From positions 74,648,001-74,712,000 of the forward strand of contig OZ024746.1 in NCBI GenBank assembly GCA_964016885.1: 64,000 nt of DNA, read 5' to 3'. This document shows positions 28,060-44,450 of this stretch, piece by piece. The stretch is from Eledone cirrhosa. Lineage: Eukaryota. The stretch's first letter is position 1, and each line of letters opens with the position of its first letter. The notes below the pieces were generated by a model. The model was not told the DNA's origin, searched no databases, and saw only the letters and a program-made list of their open reading frames with translations. Both the position numbers and the translations under genes were made by a program.

Positions 28060-28124
28060 TATTTTGTCTGATGAAAGCACACCATAATTTAACTTGGTGT
28101 CCTTGAAATATGTATAATGAAATA
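28060..28124 (+). ncRNA. Type I hammerhead ribozyme
   Basis: TATTTTGT-CTGATGA-AAG c ACACCA..TGGTGT c CTT-GAAAT ATGT ATA|ATGAAATA. Confidence 0.72.
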
Positions 28125-28163
28125 AATATGGTTTTATAAATATAGTTTCGATTTGTTAATATC

Positions 28164-28198
<35 letters not shown>

Positions 28199-28243
28199 TA
28201 TATATATACATCTATATAAATATATATATATACATCTATATAA

Positions 28244-28279
<36 letters not shown>

Positions 28280-28281
<2 letters not shown>

Positions 28282-28565
28282 TGTTATACTTGGGGAGGGT
28301 CATATTTGTGTAATATTGCCAGAATTAATAACAGAACACACTCACTGTTTGGTTGGTTTTCGCTTCTCGCTGTCTTTTATATCGGTAATCTAACTTACTC
28401 GGTCCTCAATGTTGCCATTGACTGACCGACGGTCAAAAATAATACAGATACAATATAGACACAAACACATATATATAGTTTATCATAAATCTTTCGTTGC
28501 ACATCTGCAACATCGTCAGTGGTGTTATATTTTCCTCCTGATGTGTTGTATGTCTACGCCATTTT
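28280..28565 (-). mobile_element. Inverted copy of the 27497 family with HHR core
   Basis: Minus strand CTGACGA-t GTTGCA gatg TGCAAC-GAAAG; downstream MTLPKYNNI. Confidence 0.72.
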
Positions 28566-28965
28566 TTATTCAGTCTGTCTATATATTTATTTATTTGCTT
28601 GTTTGTTTATTTTATTTTGTCTTCTTTGCGCATGCGTTTGCGTGTGTGTATAGTGTTATGTTTGCTGTGTGATGGGTGACTAGTGTGTGTTTATGTGCTT
28701 GTTGTTATTGTGCTTGTGTATGTATTTATTTATCTTATTTTATTTACTTATTTATACTTCTCTTAGGTCAGTGTTGTTTGTTTGGGTGTTGTTGTTATTC
28801 CATTCATTCTTTCTGTTTAGCTTTGGTCTTCTAATTTATATTTCACTGGCCTATCTGATTAGCCTATCTGCTGGGTCATTTCTATGTTTAGATATTATTC
28901 TAATTTCTATGTTGTCTATCTTACCGTCATGTTGTTGTCTATCATGTTCGTATAGTACTGACCCG

Positions 28966-29005
<40 letters not shown>

Positions 29006-29008
<3 letters not shown>

Positions 29009-29214
29009 CGAAGGAGATGTGGAAAGGAACCAGATGGACCATAACGCACTAGAGTACTCAATACTTAGGATAGTAGAGTGGGTAATAGGAAAATGTATGT
29101 AATAGGAAAATGTATGAGCTCAAGCCGTTTCGACGGCTATTTCTGGACATCTGGAGTCCAGAAATAGCCGTCGAAACGGCTTGAGCTCTGCTGTCGGGGT
29201 CATACATTTTCCTA
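29006..29214 (-). mobile_element. Hairpin-headed short element (HHR 3'-half family)
   Basis: Palindrome gtttcgacggctatttctgga..tccagaaatagccgtcgaaac plus a ~90 bp tail shared with the 39167, 57591 and 59998 copies. Confidence 0.85.
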
Positions 29215-29236
29215 TATATATATATATATATATATA

Positions 29237-29293
<57 letters not shown>

Positions 29294-30776
29294 GGTGTGT
29301 GTATGTATGTATATGTATATATATATATACATATATCTGTGTGTGTATTTTGTGTGTGTGTATTGGTGTGTATTTCCTCGGCGATGGAGGCACCTCAATG
29401 CAGGTAACTATAAATAATATTTGAATAATTCGGACAGTATAATGCTGAAGATGGACAAAAGCTGACAAAAACATCTGTGAAATCGAACAACGCGTCAGCC
29501 GTAGGCAGGCTGGATGACCTCGTTTAAGCACTACATCGCATTCGGCCGCTAATTTCCATATTTAAGAAGCTTTAACTGTTATTTAGCTACAATTGTAAAC
29601 AAATAACATTTGCTTAATTTACGAAGTACTGGGGAAATTTGAAATACCGAAAATATGTTAGTTTTGTGGGGGAAGCCGTTACACTGTGTTTATTTATAAA
29701 TAATATTGCCTTACTTAAGTGGTACACTCAATCTATCACCTGTTGGCTTTAGTTCATTCAGATTCTGTCTTCGCTTTCTTCTGTCGTCGCAAATATAATT
29801 TGATCCCTTCAATCCTACACGTCTTTGAGGCCCTGAAAAGTGATCACGGGCTCTACCCGTCACTGCACCCCCCACCCCCCATCTCTCACTGAACAGTAAC
29901 AAAACAAAAATTGTGCCGTAAATTAGGGCAAGATTTTTTTTTACTACTAACTAGTATCGAAATTGATTTTTGAAATTGAGAGAAGAGCAAATTTACCTTC
30001 TAATCTATTGGAATAGCTCCCTTCATTAAACACCACGGCCAGCCCACAACTAGTCACCACTAACAACAGACATCTCCAGACACGTATAGTCAGATCTATA
30101 AATGTTTTCTGAAGACAGCTGTTCATTATCTAATACCTTCTATCTGGACGCTATCCTTCCTCGTACTATTACTCCCCCCCCCATCCCTTCTCCAACTTCA
30201 TCTCCGTCCTCCTTCACCTTCTCCACCATCTCCTCTGTACACAAACTAAAATAGAAACGATGAATATAACAAACAAACAAAATAAGAAAAAGAAAAAAAA
30301 TAATATTAACAGGAACTTCAGCAACAGTAGCAAGAGCAATAGCAAAGACAACAACAACAGTAACAACAACACTTCTCGAAATTACTTTGTGGCTGTGTAA
30401 TAGACATTATTTTCAGCATTGATAATATTTTTATCAGTCATTGCAGCTGCGATATCAAACACGCTGCTATATGCTTTTCGTATTTTTGATTGGATGACTA
30501 CGAGGGAGACAACGCTAGACACACACACATATAAAGATAAATATGCACACACACACATATATAATTAACATGTGTATGTATCTATGAATAAATGAATGTG
30601 TGTGTATGTGTGTGTGTGTGTGCCTACCTATCTTTGTTTGCGCGTATGTCTGTGTGCGTGCAGATAAAAACTCAAACAAAATATATATAAACAACAGCAA
30701 TAAAACATTACCACACAATACATCGCTGTTAAACAATGAAGAAATCTCTCTCTATCTTACTATATTTCTTTCTTTC

Positions 30777-30822
<46 letters not shown>

Positions 30823-33644
30823 CTACCCCTACCCCCCTCTCTCATTCTCTCTAATGGTCATTAGCTAAAGTGACCAAATATAGGGAATATAAGTTTTACA
30901 ACAGCAACAATAATAATAACATTAATAACCCAAATATTTACTTCACCTAAAATCACCAATACCCTACCACCACCAACCCACACCCCCACACCTCCCACCC
31001 CACCGCCGTCATGACAAATACCAAGATACGTTTGTAATTATTTGTGATTTCTTCTCAACTATCTGAGATTTTGAGGAAAGGAAAGTGTAAATACATTTAT
31101 GTCGCTCGGGTTTTATCAAACTTTGTTTCCTCAAAGTTCTAGAGTAAGTGATGTATTTATAGTTTACGATTGAAGCTGGGTTGCAGTTTGCCTGTCAATT
31201 GTACACTACACGACAGATAGTGAGGCCCATATCCTTTATATTTGGTTTCAAGGGAGCCTCTAAGCTGTCGCTTGGTCTGCTAGAAATAACAACCAGATAT
31301 CCCTTAAATTGCAACCTATCACCTTAGAAAAGAAGGATATTTTACGTAACGTGGTTCTGAATTCAGTGAGCCTGGGAAAAAAGACGGGTTAGTCGCGACT
31401 GAAAGCCCTTTGATCATATGATTATACAAGCCAGGCTAACATGAGGATTAACAACGATATTGGTTATAGATTGCAAGATCAAATCTAATATTATTGAAAG
31501 CATAATTAATTTAACTTACCACTATATATGAATGGTAATTTTATGAGCCAACGAAAGAGCCGGGACCTAATCTAAATATCTGAGCCTACATTGGAGAACT
31601 TAGCATTAAATAAACGAAGGCTGAACAAAACATGGGATAGCTATGGGTAGAATCATTTTTATAGAAGTTTGGGGGAGGGGTAGATTGTTTTCATTACCTT
31701 GTTTCTACCCAGCATATCCTTGTATTAGTTAATTGTGGGATCACTTGCTTGTTCTTTTTAAGGTAGAATTTATATATATAGGTGTACTAACCTAGGGATT
31801 GAACTCAGGACGGAGAGTAAATCTTAACCATCCATTGATTTGTCAATAGAACAGCTATTTTGTGAAAAAGATACGATGATATAAACCTAACAGCTTAGAA
31901 AATGTTGATCATTTGTGAAGAGAGGAGAGTGACCAATTCTTGTAAGATAAATTCAAGATAATAGATAGGAAACAAAAATGATTGTATGAATCAGAGTATA
32001 TGCTTGCCTCAGATAACGATCTCAATAAAGCTAATATAGATTTTTAAAAAATGACATACGAGCGTTTAAAGAAGGGCGTAAAAGGCCATAAAACAGTGAA
32101 GCTTAAAACACCTAATTTCCATCAAATACTTATCCCATGAGCTGGAAATAACTGTATGATGAGAAGAAAAGCCTTAACTCATTCAGTTTAGCCTGTTTTG
32201 TTATAGACACCGGGGAAAAACTACCTGCCCTTCTGTGTCCAACTTTATTAGTGAAATGATCTTTATACTGACATCTGCATGTCATCTGTTCTACATAAGA
32301 TAGCAGCCATTCGACACCATTCCATACATCAGTAATCCACAGTCATTGAGCATATAAACGTCTAAATGATCCTTTCATTATTGGCACTGTATCTTTGCCA
32401 ATCCGACTAAGGTGACTGATCTACAGGCATGGATCATCTCAAACTATTATTCCCAACATGTCAACCATTATCAATATCAGGTAAATTGCATTTGAACATT
32501 AATCCATGATATCATAGGTGAATGTCTTCCAGTAAGAAGCTGAATATAACATAGCATTCTACAAAGAGGGAATCTTCAAAAATATCGATTCTTACACATT
32601 AAGTTACTCTACGGGGTGCAATAAGCAAGCCTTAATATTCTTATGTCGTCAAATATCTTTCAAATCAGAATTCAACATCTTGAATAAGAAAATTGGTGCA
32701 TTAAATAATGTGGTCCTTAAGAATCAGGAAAACGTGTAATGACCATAGCTGGGATATCTTTGATCATACATCTGCTTGATCATGATTGGCCTGGATCTAA
32801 AACTCACAGCATCTAACCCATACTAAATTCAGGGGTTGATTTTTCTTCTATTAACTATATTGAAAATTGTGATAATTTTAATATCTCGTCATTTAACATC
32901 AGTTTCTCGAACTTTCTCCAGACGTTCAGCATTATATTTTCCTCGTCTGCTTTTCTCTCTTGATTTTCTTTTGTGTTTTTTATCTTTGACACAAAACTAC
33001 GATTAGACACCTCTAATTCACTTGATCATATTTCATATTTCACCTTTAATTCTACTGACCTTTATTTACATGGAGACAAGATCAACGAATCAGCAATGCC
33101 GAACTATGTGCATTTTAACATCACGTAACAATGACCTTACGTCAAAAACCTGAATAAGCAAGCAGATGATAAAGATAATTAATGCTATTTAGGTTATTAA
33201 TGGCTTCATGTTTAATTATTGTATAATCAATACTTAATTATTATCAATTGATTAACTGGTCATTGGAAGCTAAATAGCTTTAGACACACTGATGACACAG
33301 CCATTGTCTTTCACTTCCATCACCTTCTCTCTATCTCACCCTCTCATTCTTCACCAAGTCTCTTCTTATTATTATCTTTTCTCTTTCCTTTTCATTCTTT
33401 AAGTCTGTGATTCCGAAGGAAGTATGAAACCAACTTCGACACTCAATCAACAGCCAGACACAGACATTACATGTCATAAGAACTTAAATATATTTGTAAA
33501 TTGGATTATAATTGTTATCATACATGTAAGGTTCGTCTTGCTAAATATTAAGTGACTAAATTATGATTTCATTTCACTCAATACATGCACACACACACAC
33601 GCACGCACAGACATACGCACACATACATACATATATATATATAC

Positions 33645-33698
<54 letters not shown>

Positions 33699-33777
33699 GC
33701 GCGCGTGTGTGTGTGTGTGTGTGTATGCACGTATGTATAGGAATCAGACTTATTCTACCATGTTGTATTGCAGACAC

Positions 33778-34118
<341 letters not shown>

Positions 34119-34798
34119 CTGTGTGTGTGTGTGTATGTGTCCTATTTCCATATTGGCTAATGGGATTCATATCAGACAAAACTTTATTAACTGTCCACTC
34201 ATTTCTCCAACAAACACTTTTGGTAACAAATTTCAATGTTGACGCTGCAGACGTAAAGTGGGATCTCGCCAATAAAAAAAGCTCTATCTTTCTGGGTTGG
34301 ATCACTAGTTAAATAATTACATATTTAAGGATGAAGGTATGAGGAGATGTGTCCATTTATATTTAAGGCATTAAGGTGTAATGGTAAATAATATATAAAT
34401 TATAAAGGGTAAATTATGGATTGATAATGAGCAAATATACACACACGCACATACACATATATATATACATACACATACAAGCATATATAAGTCTGGTCAC
34501 ATTCATATACAAACGTGTATAAAACGTACGCAAACTTATATATTTCTCGCGAATATATACACTTAAAAATTATTGATACAGTATAAGAGAAAATGACATC
34601 GGAAATCCGTAGGTTTCCATAAGACCAGATTTATATACATATAATATGCTGTCTGTCCGCTATATTTACGATTGCGTGAATTACAAATATGTAATAACTG
34701 CGGATACCACAGAAATACGTATACCAGCAGTTTAGCTAACAAAGCAAAATATCAAAAGCTTGTCTTCTTAATCACTATATATATATAAAGAGAGATAG

Positions 34799-37697
<2,899 letters not shown>

Positions 37698-38029
37698 CAT
37701 CGTTTAGGATCCGTATTCGAGTGGCGCCGGTAAGGTATTGTCAGCCATTGAAAAGAAATATGGAGAGTCTATCTAACAGCACTAGGGTTAGAGCCCCTAA
37801 TTACACTGTCAAGGAGCAGTCTGGCCGTTATGACTTTGCTGGCTTAGAGCCACAGGGAGGGCCAGTGGATGATGGATCGGCTGTCTCTGAGACAAATATA
37901 AAGAATGCAGTTTTGTCCTGCAGAAAAGCCATCAACATGGGTACTTTGAATGTGAAGACTATTCGGACGCTGGAGAAGAGAGAGGAGTTGGGACATCTGT
38001 TCGAGGAGAGTGGTATACAGATACGTGCG

Positions 38030-38035
<6 letters not shown>
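37698..38035 (+). mobile_element. Inverted 5' segment of the same LINE (ORF start and APE N-terminus)
   Basis: Plus-strand INMGTLNVKTIR..REELGHLFEESGIQIRAIQ ends where minus-strand RILHDEP begins; expected junction is AIQ-EH-RI. Confidence 0.9.
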
Positions 38036-38066
<31 letters not shown>

Positions 38067-38070
<4 letters not shown>

Positions 38071-38628
38071 TTATATATATATAAAAGCGAGGATGTGTGT
38101 CTCTGTGTACAACTTTGCATGCTTAAGGCTTTCACAATTACCAACTGAATTTGACCAGATTTTCTGTGCACGTTGCACAGAGCGCTAAGATTGTCACATC
38201 ACAAACATTTTTCAAATCGACCCACGTTGAATAAAAATCAATATCAAAATTATCGGTAGAAAAATTGATGTAATGGAGATAACAAACTTTATTGACAATC
38301 GTTATAAAAACGGGTGATAACCAACTTTTCAGAGATATAAACATCACATTCATTTGAATATAAATCACTAATATTATCGTTTGTTTCTTGTTTATTCTTT
38401 CTTGCACTTTCAAAGTTAAAAAAACACTTGTTGTTTTAACTTGTTTCACTATATTAAGTGTTAATTTTCGCATCACGGTTAGCTGTATTAACGATCAGCT
38501 TCTTCAGCTTCTTCCTGGATGTCCACGGATATATAAATCTATTGATACTGTATGTGATCCACAGGATGCGGTCAATTATCTAGTTGAATTTCTAAATTCT
38601 TTAAATCCTCCTGGTTTACCTCCTAATA

Positions 38629-38630
<2 letters not shown>
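38067..38630 (+). mobile_element. Helitron fragment: 5' end plus PIF1-helicase piece
   Basis: Start TCTTTATATATATATAAAAGCGAGG; peptide INDQLLQLLPG..YKSIDTV...VEFLNSLNPPGLPP. Confidence 0.85.
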
Positions 38631-38685
<55 letters not shown>

Positions 38686-38691
<6 letters not shown>

Positions 38692-39135
38692 TCACGCGCA
38701 TATACACTTCCACCGACAACACACATAACACCCAAACAGCCATCGTAATTTGTATCCCACCTACACACAACCGCAACTTCGCACTTTCCCTTTTGTGTTT
38801 TTATCCTGATGAAGGGCAAATGTTCCATACGTTGACCATGTAATTCACTCTTCTTCCCGCAAGCGTGAAATTAATACAACTTCTCTTGATATATATATAT
38901 ATATATCAAGAAAATAAAAAACGAACAACCAAGACAAGAGAAGTTGTATTAATTTCACGCTTGCGGGAAGAAGAGTGAATTACATGGTCAACGTGTGGAA
39001 CATTTGCCCTTCATCAGGATAAAAACACAAAAGGGAAAGTGCGAAGTTGCGGTTGTGTGTAGGTGGGATGCAAATTACGATGGCTGTTTGGGTGTTATGT
39101 GTGTTGTCGGTGGAAGTGTATATGCGCGTGAATAA

Positions 39136-39138
<3 letters not shown>
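38686..39138. repeat. Tail-to-tail inverted repeat (~200 bp arms) with degenerate HHR core in each arm
   Basis: 38686-38888 is the reverse complement of 38935-39138. CTGATGA-a GGGC aaat GTTC at 38806; GAAAC degraded. Confidence 0.9.
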
Positions 39139-39166
<28 letters not shown>

Positions 39167-39360
39167 ATAGGACAACGTATGACCCCGACGGCAGAGCTCA
39201 AGCCGTTTCGACGGCTATTTCTGGAGTCCATAAATAGCCGTCGAAACGGCTTGAGCTCTGCCGTCGGGGTCATACATTTTCCTATTACCCACTCTATACC
39301 CTAAGTATTCAGTACTCTGGTGCGTTATGGTCCATCTGGTTCCTTTCCACAACTCCTTCG

Positions 39361-39362
<2 letters not shown>
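39167..39362 (+). mobile_element. Hairpin-headed short element (HHR 3'-half family)
   Basis: Palindrome 39167-39285 centred at 39226; GAAA-CGGC ttgagctct GCCGT-C|GGGGTC. Confidence 0.88.
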
Positions 39363-39420
<58 letters not shown>

Positions 39421-39435
39421 CTATATACATATGTA

Positions 39436-39495
<60 letters not shown>

Positions 39496-39713
39496 CATAT
39501 ATATATATATACATACATACATACATACATACATGCATACATACATACATACATACATACATACATACATACATACATACATACATACATACATACATAC
39601 ATACACACATACATACATACATACATACATACATACATAAATACACGCATACATACATAAAGACATTTTTTTCCAATTCCAACCCGCCCGTCCTCTGAAT
39701 CTATCTTATTTCT

Positions 39714-39752
39714 CATTCATCTGATGAAGGAATAGCGTCCGAAACGTTAAGA
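39714..39752 (+). ncRNA. Minimal hammerhead motif (stem I weak)
   Basis: CTGATGA-a GGA atagcg TCC-GAAAC GTT. Confidence 0.55.
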
Positions 39753-39836
39753 CCCTCTTCCTGCTATATCAAGCGTTAACCTAATATATCCCTTCCATAT
39801 ACTGTACAGATTGTGTTGTTATTTCTGTTTACCTTT

Positions 39837-39880
<44 letters not shown>

Positions 39881-39884
<4 letters not shown>

Positions 39885-39954
39885 ATTAAATAAATGGAAA
39901 ACTATATTTATAAAACCATATTTATAAATATAGTTTTCCATTTATTTAATATTG
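39881..39954. repeat. Short fold-back palindrome related to sequence downstream of the 28060 HHR
   Basis: caatattaaataaatggaaaactatatttataaa / tttataaatatagttttccatttatttaatattg. Confidence 0.8.
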
Positions 39955-40040
39955 TAAATATACTCCAAATATTTGTCGAGTGCTTTTATATCAGTTATAA
40001 ATATTTACTAGTTGTAACCCAACAATTTTAAATATAACTT

Positions 40041-40172
<132 letters not shown>

Positions 40173-40219
40173 GAAGAGAGAAGAAACATTAGACATGTGT
40201 CCGCATGTATCTGTGTGTT

Positions 40220-40310
<91 letters not shown>

Positions 40311-40522
40311 AATTAAAAAGAAATTATGCAAGTGAAATGGTTGGGGATGTACAAAAGCAGGGATTAACGTGATGAGACAGGTGAGAATTCTGAATAATTT
40401 GATGAAATGGTCTCTTTGGAAATGAAATAACTTTTTTAGTTTGCGTTCCTCTTTCAATCACATAATTCAATTCAATATCAATGTGCATATGTATGTGTAT
40501 TATATATATATTTATACATATT

Positions 40523-40593
<71 letters not shown>

Positions 40594-40722
40594 TCATGTA
40601 TGTATACGTATATATATGCCTATATATAATGAGAGTTCGAGAGCAGGAGACAGATATGAAATTGATAAATATACATTTAGGTAAATAATCTAGTTAGATA
40701 TAGTGACTGATAATTCTACAAG

Positions 40723-40780
<58 letters not shown>

Positions 40781-40861
40781 CATATACACATACATAAATA
40801 TATATATACATAGATATAGATATACAGATACACACACACATATATATCTATAATTATATAT

Positions 40862-40930
<69 letters not shown>

Positions 40931-40961
40931 CACACACATATAAATATATATATATATATAC

Positions 40962-41510
40962 ATTTACTTTTACTTTTACCTCTTTCAGCCGATTTTCTAC
41001 GGCCATGCTGGTGCACATTCATTGCCACTACACTTTCTTTAGTCAGCCTTCCTTGGCTGGCCAATGACGTAAGAGGAAGTCTCTCACTGCTGCTCTTATT
41101 TGTACTTCGTCTTGTATTTTCGATTCGTATAGGATCTTGATTAGCACAATGTCTAAATGTTTCTTGAAAATATCTACTTCCATACCATGTAGATCTCTCA
41201 GGTGTTTGCTAGCCTTTAAACCCCAGACCATTGCAGTATCTTGTTCTGATTCTAGATGTGAAGGCTGGGAAATTCGGCTTCAGACAGTGGTACACTGTTC
41301 ACGCGTTGATCCAGCCCTCAATGCCAATGTTTGGTGCAAGTCCTTCCATGATTTTATATATGTATATAACTGCGTAGCACTTCCGTCTTTTTTCCAGTAA
41401 GTAGAGCTGTAATTCTTTCAGCCTCTCTCCGTTGCTAATCTCCTTTATTGGGGCAATCTTCTTGGTGTTGCTTCAAGTTCTGTGGTTAGTTTGACAGTAT
41501 GGGTCGACCA
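40962..41510 (-). mobile_element. CR1/L2-like LINE 3' fragment with (GTAAAA)n tail
   Basis: ERLKELQLYLLEKRRKCYAVIYIYKIMEGLAPN and LRDLHGMEVDIFKKHLD. Confidence 0.75.
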
Positions 41511-41575
41511 CAAGTGATAGCAATAGCTGTATTTAATATTAATTGCGCCGAAATTACCTCACCTGTTGCTACTAT

Positions 41576-41690
41576 TACCCGGGTGCAGAAAAGTTCCTGG
41601 TGTTGGGTAAAAGAATATAGAGGTGGATCAGTTAATTTTGAATTTATTCAACATATTCACCTCTCAAATTCACATACTTATTGCGCTGAT
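41576..41690. mobile_element. Mariner-like terminal fragment
   Basis: TA-cccgggtgcagaaaagttcctgg start and tttattcaacatattc block resemble mariner ends. Confidence 0.4.
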
Positions 41691-41879
41691 CCTACCTCCC
41701 CTCTAAATGTAATAGCTCTACCCTTTCGTGATATCCTTATGCCATGAACGTTTTACACCCCAGTATTACTACTACTGGTGCTTTTGGTGCTACTACTTCT
41801 ACTACTACTACTACTAAAATTACTACTATTACCCCCCCCCCCATCACCACCACCACTGCTGCTGCTGTTGCTGCTGCTG

Positions 41880-41913
<34 letters not shown>

Positions 41914-42449
41914 CTATGTGTCTTTCAGCTGATTCTATCACGACCACTGTTAGAAGCACTTCGAATTCTTTAACACATTACTAGTTTCAAGAACAATAAC
42001 TATACTTATTTATATGACAGATCACGCTTTTTATCCTCCTTCCCCACCCAACGTTTTATAAAATCATAAAAAAGACATCGATAAAAATGATCTGAAAAAA
42101 ATGACTCATTATTAAGTAGAATCTCATTTACATTTTTTGAACTTTTTACACTGCAACACAGAATCGCGGTGACTTTGAATTTTCACTGATGACGCTAAGC
42201 TGTCGATTATTAGCAAAGCTTCCGAGTCCAATCTAATCTATTTCACATCTCTATCACTGCACCCAGGGGCGGTGGAACTGGGGGTGGGGGCATGGACCCA
42301 TATACCCCCCCCCCCCCATTCGACACACAATAGTTATATTTTTCTACCCAAAATACTAAAATACACATCTTATTTGTATATGCGTTATAATTTTTGCACA
42401 AGTTATGTAGAGATAGGTGGGAGAGATATATATATATAGAGAGAGAGAG

Positions 42450-42953
42450 GGGGAGAGTTTGGTGGTAATTGATATAGAGAGGAAGGTTGTGAGAGTGTGT
42501 TGTATATTAGATACAGAGAGAGGGAGTTCCGTGTAATAGATATACAGAGGGGTAGATTTTGGTGTTAACTGATATAGAGGAGGATTGGAAGAGAGATCGG
42601 TGAGGTAGATAGAGAAATAGAGAGACTTTGGTGTTAATTAATATAGAGAGGGGTAGAGTTTGGAGGTAATTGATATAAAGAAGGGGGTTGGGGGAATGTA
42701 TTGTATATCAATTAACACCAAACTCTCACCCTCCCTATATCTACTACACAGAACTCTCTTCCAATCCCCCTGTCTATATCAATAAACATCAATCTCTCCC
42801 TCTCTCTATATCTAATGTACAGCACACTCTCCCAACACCCCTCTTTATATCAATAACCACCAAACTCTCCCCCTCTCTATATCAATTAACACCAAACTCT
42901 ACCCCTTTCTAAATGTGCTACACGGAACACTCTCCCAACTCCCTCTCTATATC
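42450..42953. repeat. Degenerate ~33 bp minisatellite array with a strand switch at ~42703
   Basis: Units like gagagtttggtgttaattgatatagagagggg on +, then the same units reverse-complemented. Confidence 0.75.
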
Positions 42954-42971
42954 AGAGCGTGTTATTTGTAG

Positions 42972-43150
42972 TGGATTGGCAGCGTCGGTAGAGGGTCGGA
43001 CGCCATGCTTTCCAGCATAGTTACGTCCCTTTACAATCTGAGTTCAAATCCCGCCGAGGTTGACTTTGCCTTTCATCCTTACGGGGTCGATAAAATAAAG
43101 TACCAGTGATGCACTGGGTGATTGCTGGCCTTGTGCCTAAAGTAGAAACA
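42972..43150 (+). mobile_element. SINE-A full length
   Basis: A/B boxes; TSD gttatttgtag (42961-42971 / 43151-43161). Confidence 0.95.
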
Positions 43151-43449
43151 GTTATTTGTAGAAATACTTTGATATACAGTATGTGTTAAACATAATCCCT
43201 GATACGACTGTAAAAATTACTGGTAACGATTTATCAATTTAAATGCAATGGTAAAATGGTCACAGAAAATTTCTGAAATCAAACAACCTTGGCAGGAGAG
43301 GTTGTATTTATATTTACAGAAGGCGCAGTATGGTCAACCATGATGAGTAACCGACGTATAACCTCATAGTAAAGTTAATGCTACGTCTGACGCCAAAGCT
43401 GGTCAAAGTTAAATTCAGGTGGCATTTTAGTAGTTAATTTGGAAAAATA

Positions 43450-43531
43450 TCATCCTTACGGGGTCGATAAAATAAAGTACCAGTAATATGCTGGATAATT
43501 GCTGGCCTTGTGCCAAAAGTAGAAACAATTA
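43450..43531 (+). mobile_element. SINE-A 3' half
   Basis: tcatccttacggggtcgataaaataaagtaccag...agaaacaattat. Confidence 0.88.
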
Positions 43532-43932
43532 TATATATATATAACATTATACATGAGTTAAACCGATGACATGTGTATATAGAGAGACATATCTCTAAAA
43601 ATTATGGGAATAGAAAGAAAAGAACGTAATGTGATACATAGCTGCAACTACGTTGATTTGAACCTTCACTGACTCCTTTATATCAAACATTACTATATAT
43701 AATAAGGGTTGCTAAGTGAATTTATAATATAAAAAATAGAAACATTTTTTTACTGAATCTGAACTTAATCTTTATTATTAAAATGATCATTAAATAATTA
43801 CCTTAGTCCTCACCCATAAAAGATGAGGAAAATGAATAATTTTACAGAGTGGGAGGCACTACGAGAGAGGAAACTGACATGATGTGAATGATACTAGGAT
43901 TCTCTATCCATTTATGAATATACATATATATA

Positions 43933-44005
<73 letters not shown>

Positions 44006-44006
44006 G

Positions 44007-44061
<55 letters not shown>

Positions 44062-44419
44062 AGATATGTAAATATACATGTATAAATATATATATATACA
44101 TACACATACATATATTTACATATAAATATATATACATAATATATATACGTATACACACACAAAAATATATATAATATATGTGTGTATGTGTGTCTGTGTG
44201 TGTGTGTCTGTGTGTGTGTATAATGCGATAAAATGATATAAAGTGTAAAATCTAAATAATGCAAGGAATGAATATCAGATTAAGAAAATGATAAATCAGA
44301 TTATTCTCTCACTTTAATTATCACTAAAGTAGATAATTGGAAATTAAGGGGCCTAAAAATTTGTTAACTATAAATAATATGCATTTGTATGTATGCTTGC
44401 ATATTTGTATATGTGCATG

Positions 44420-44450
<31 letters not shown>

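Noticed and set aside
29440-29500. CTGAAGA...GAAAT possible hammerhead
   Set aside because: Stem II relies mostly on wobble pairs and no convincing stem I or III.
42180-42232. CTGATGA-c GCTAA..TTAGC-AAAGC possible hammerhead
   Set aside because: GAAA box and stems I/III not satisfied; not in a (TA)n insert.
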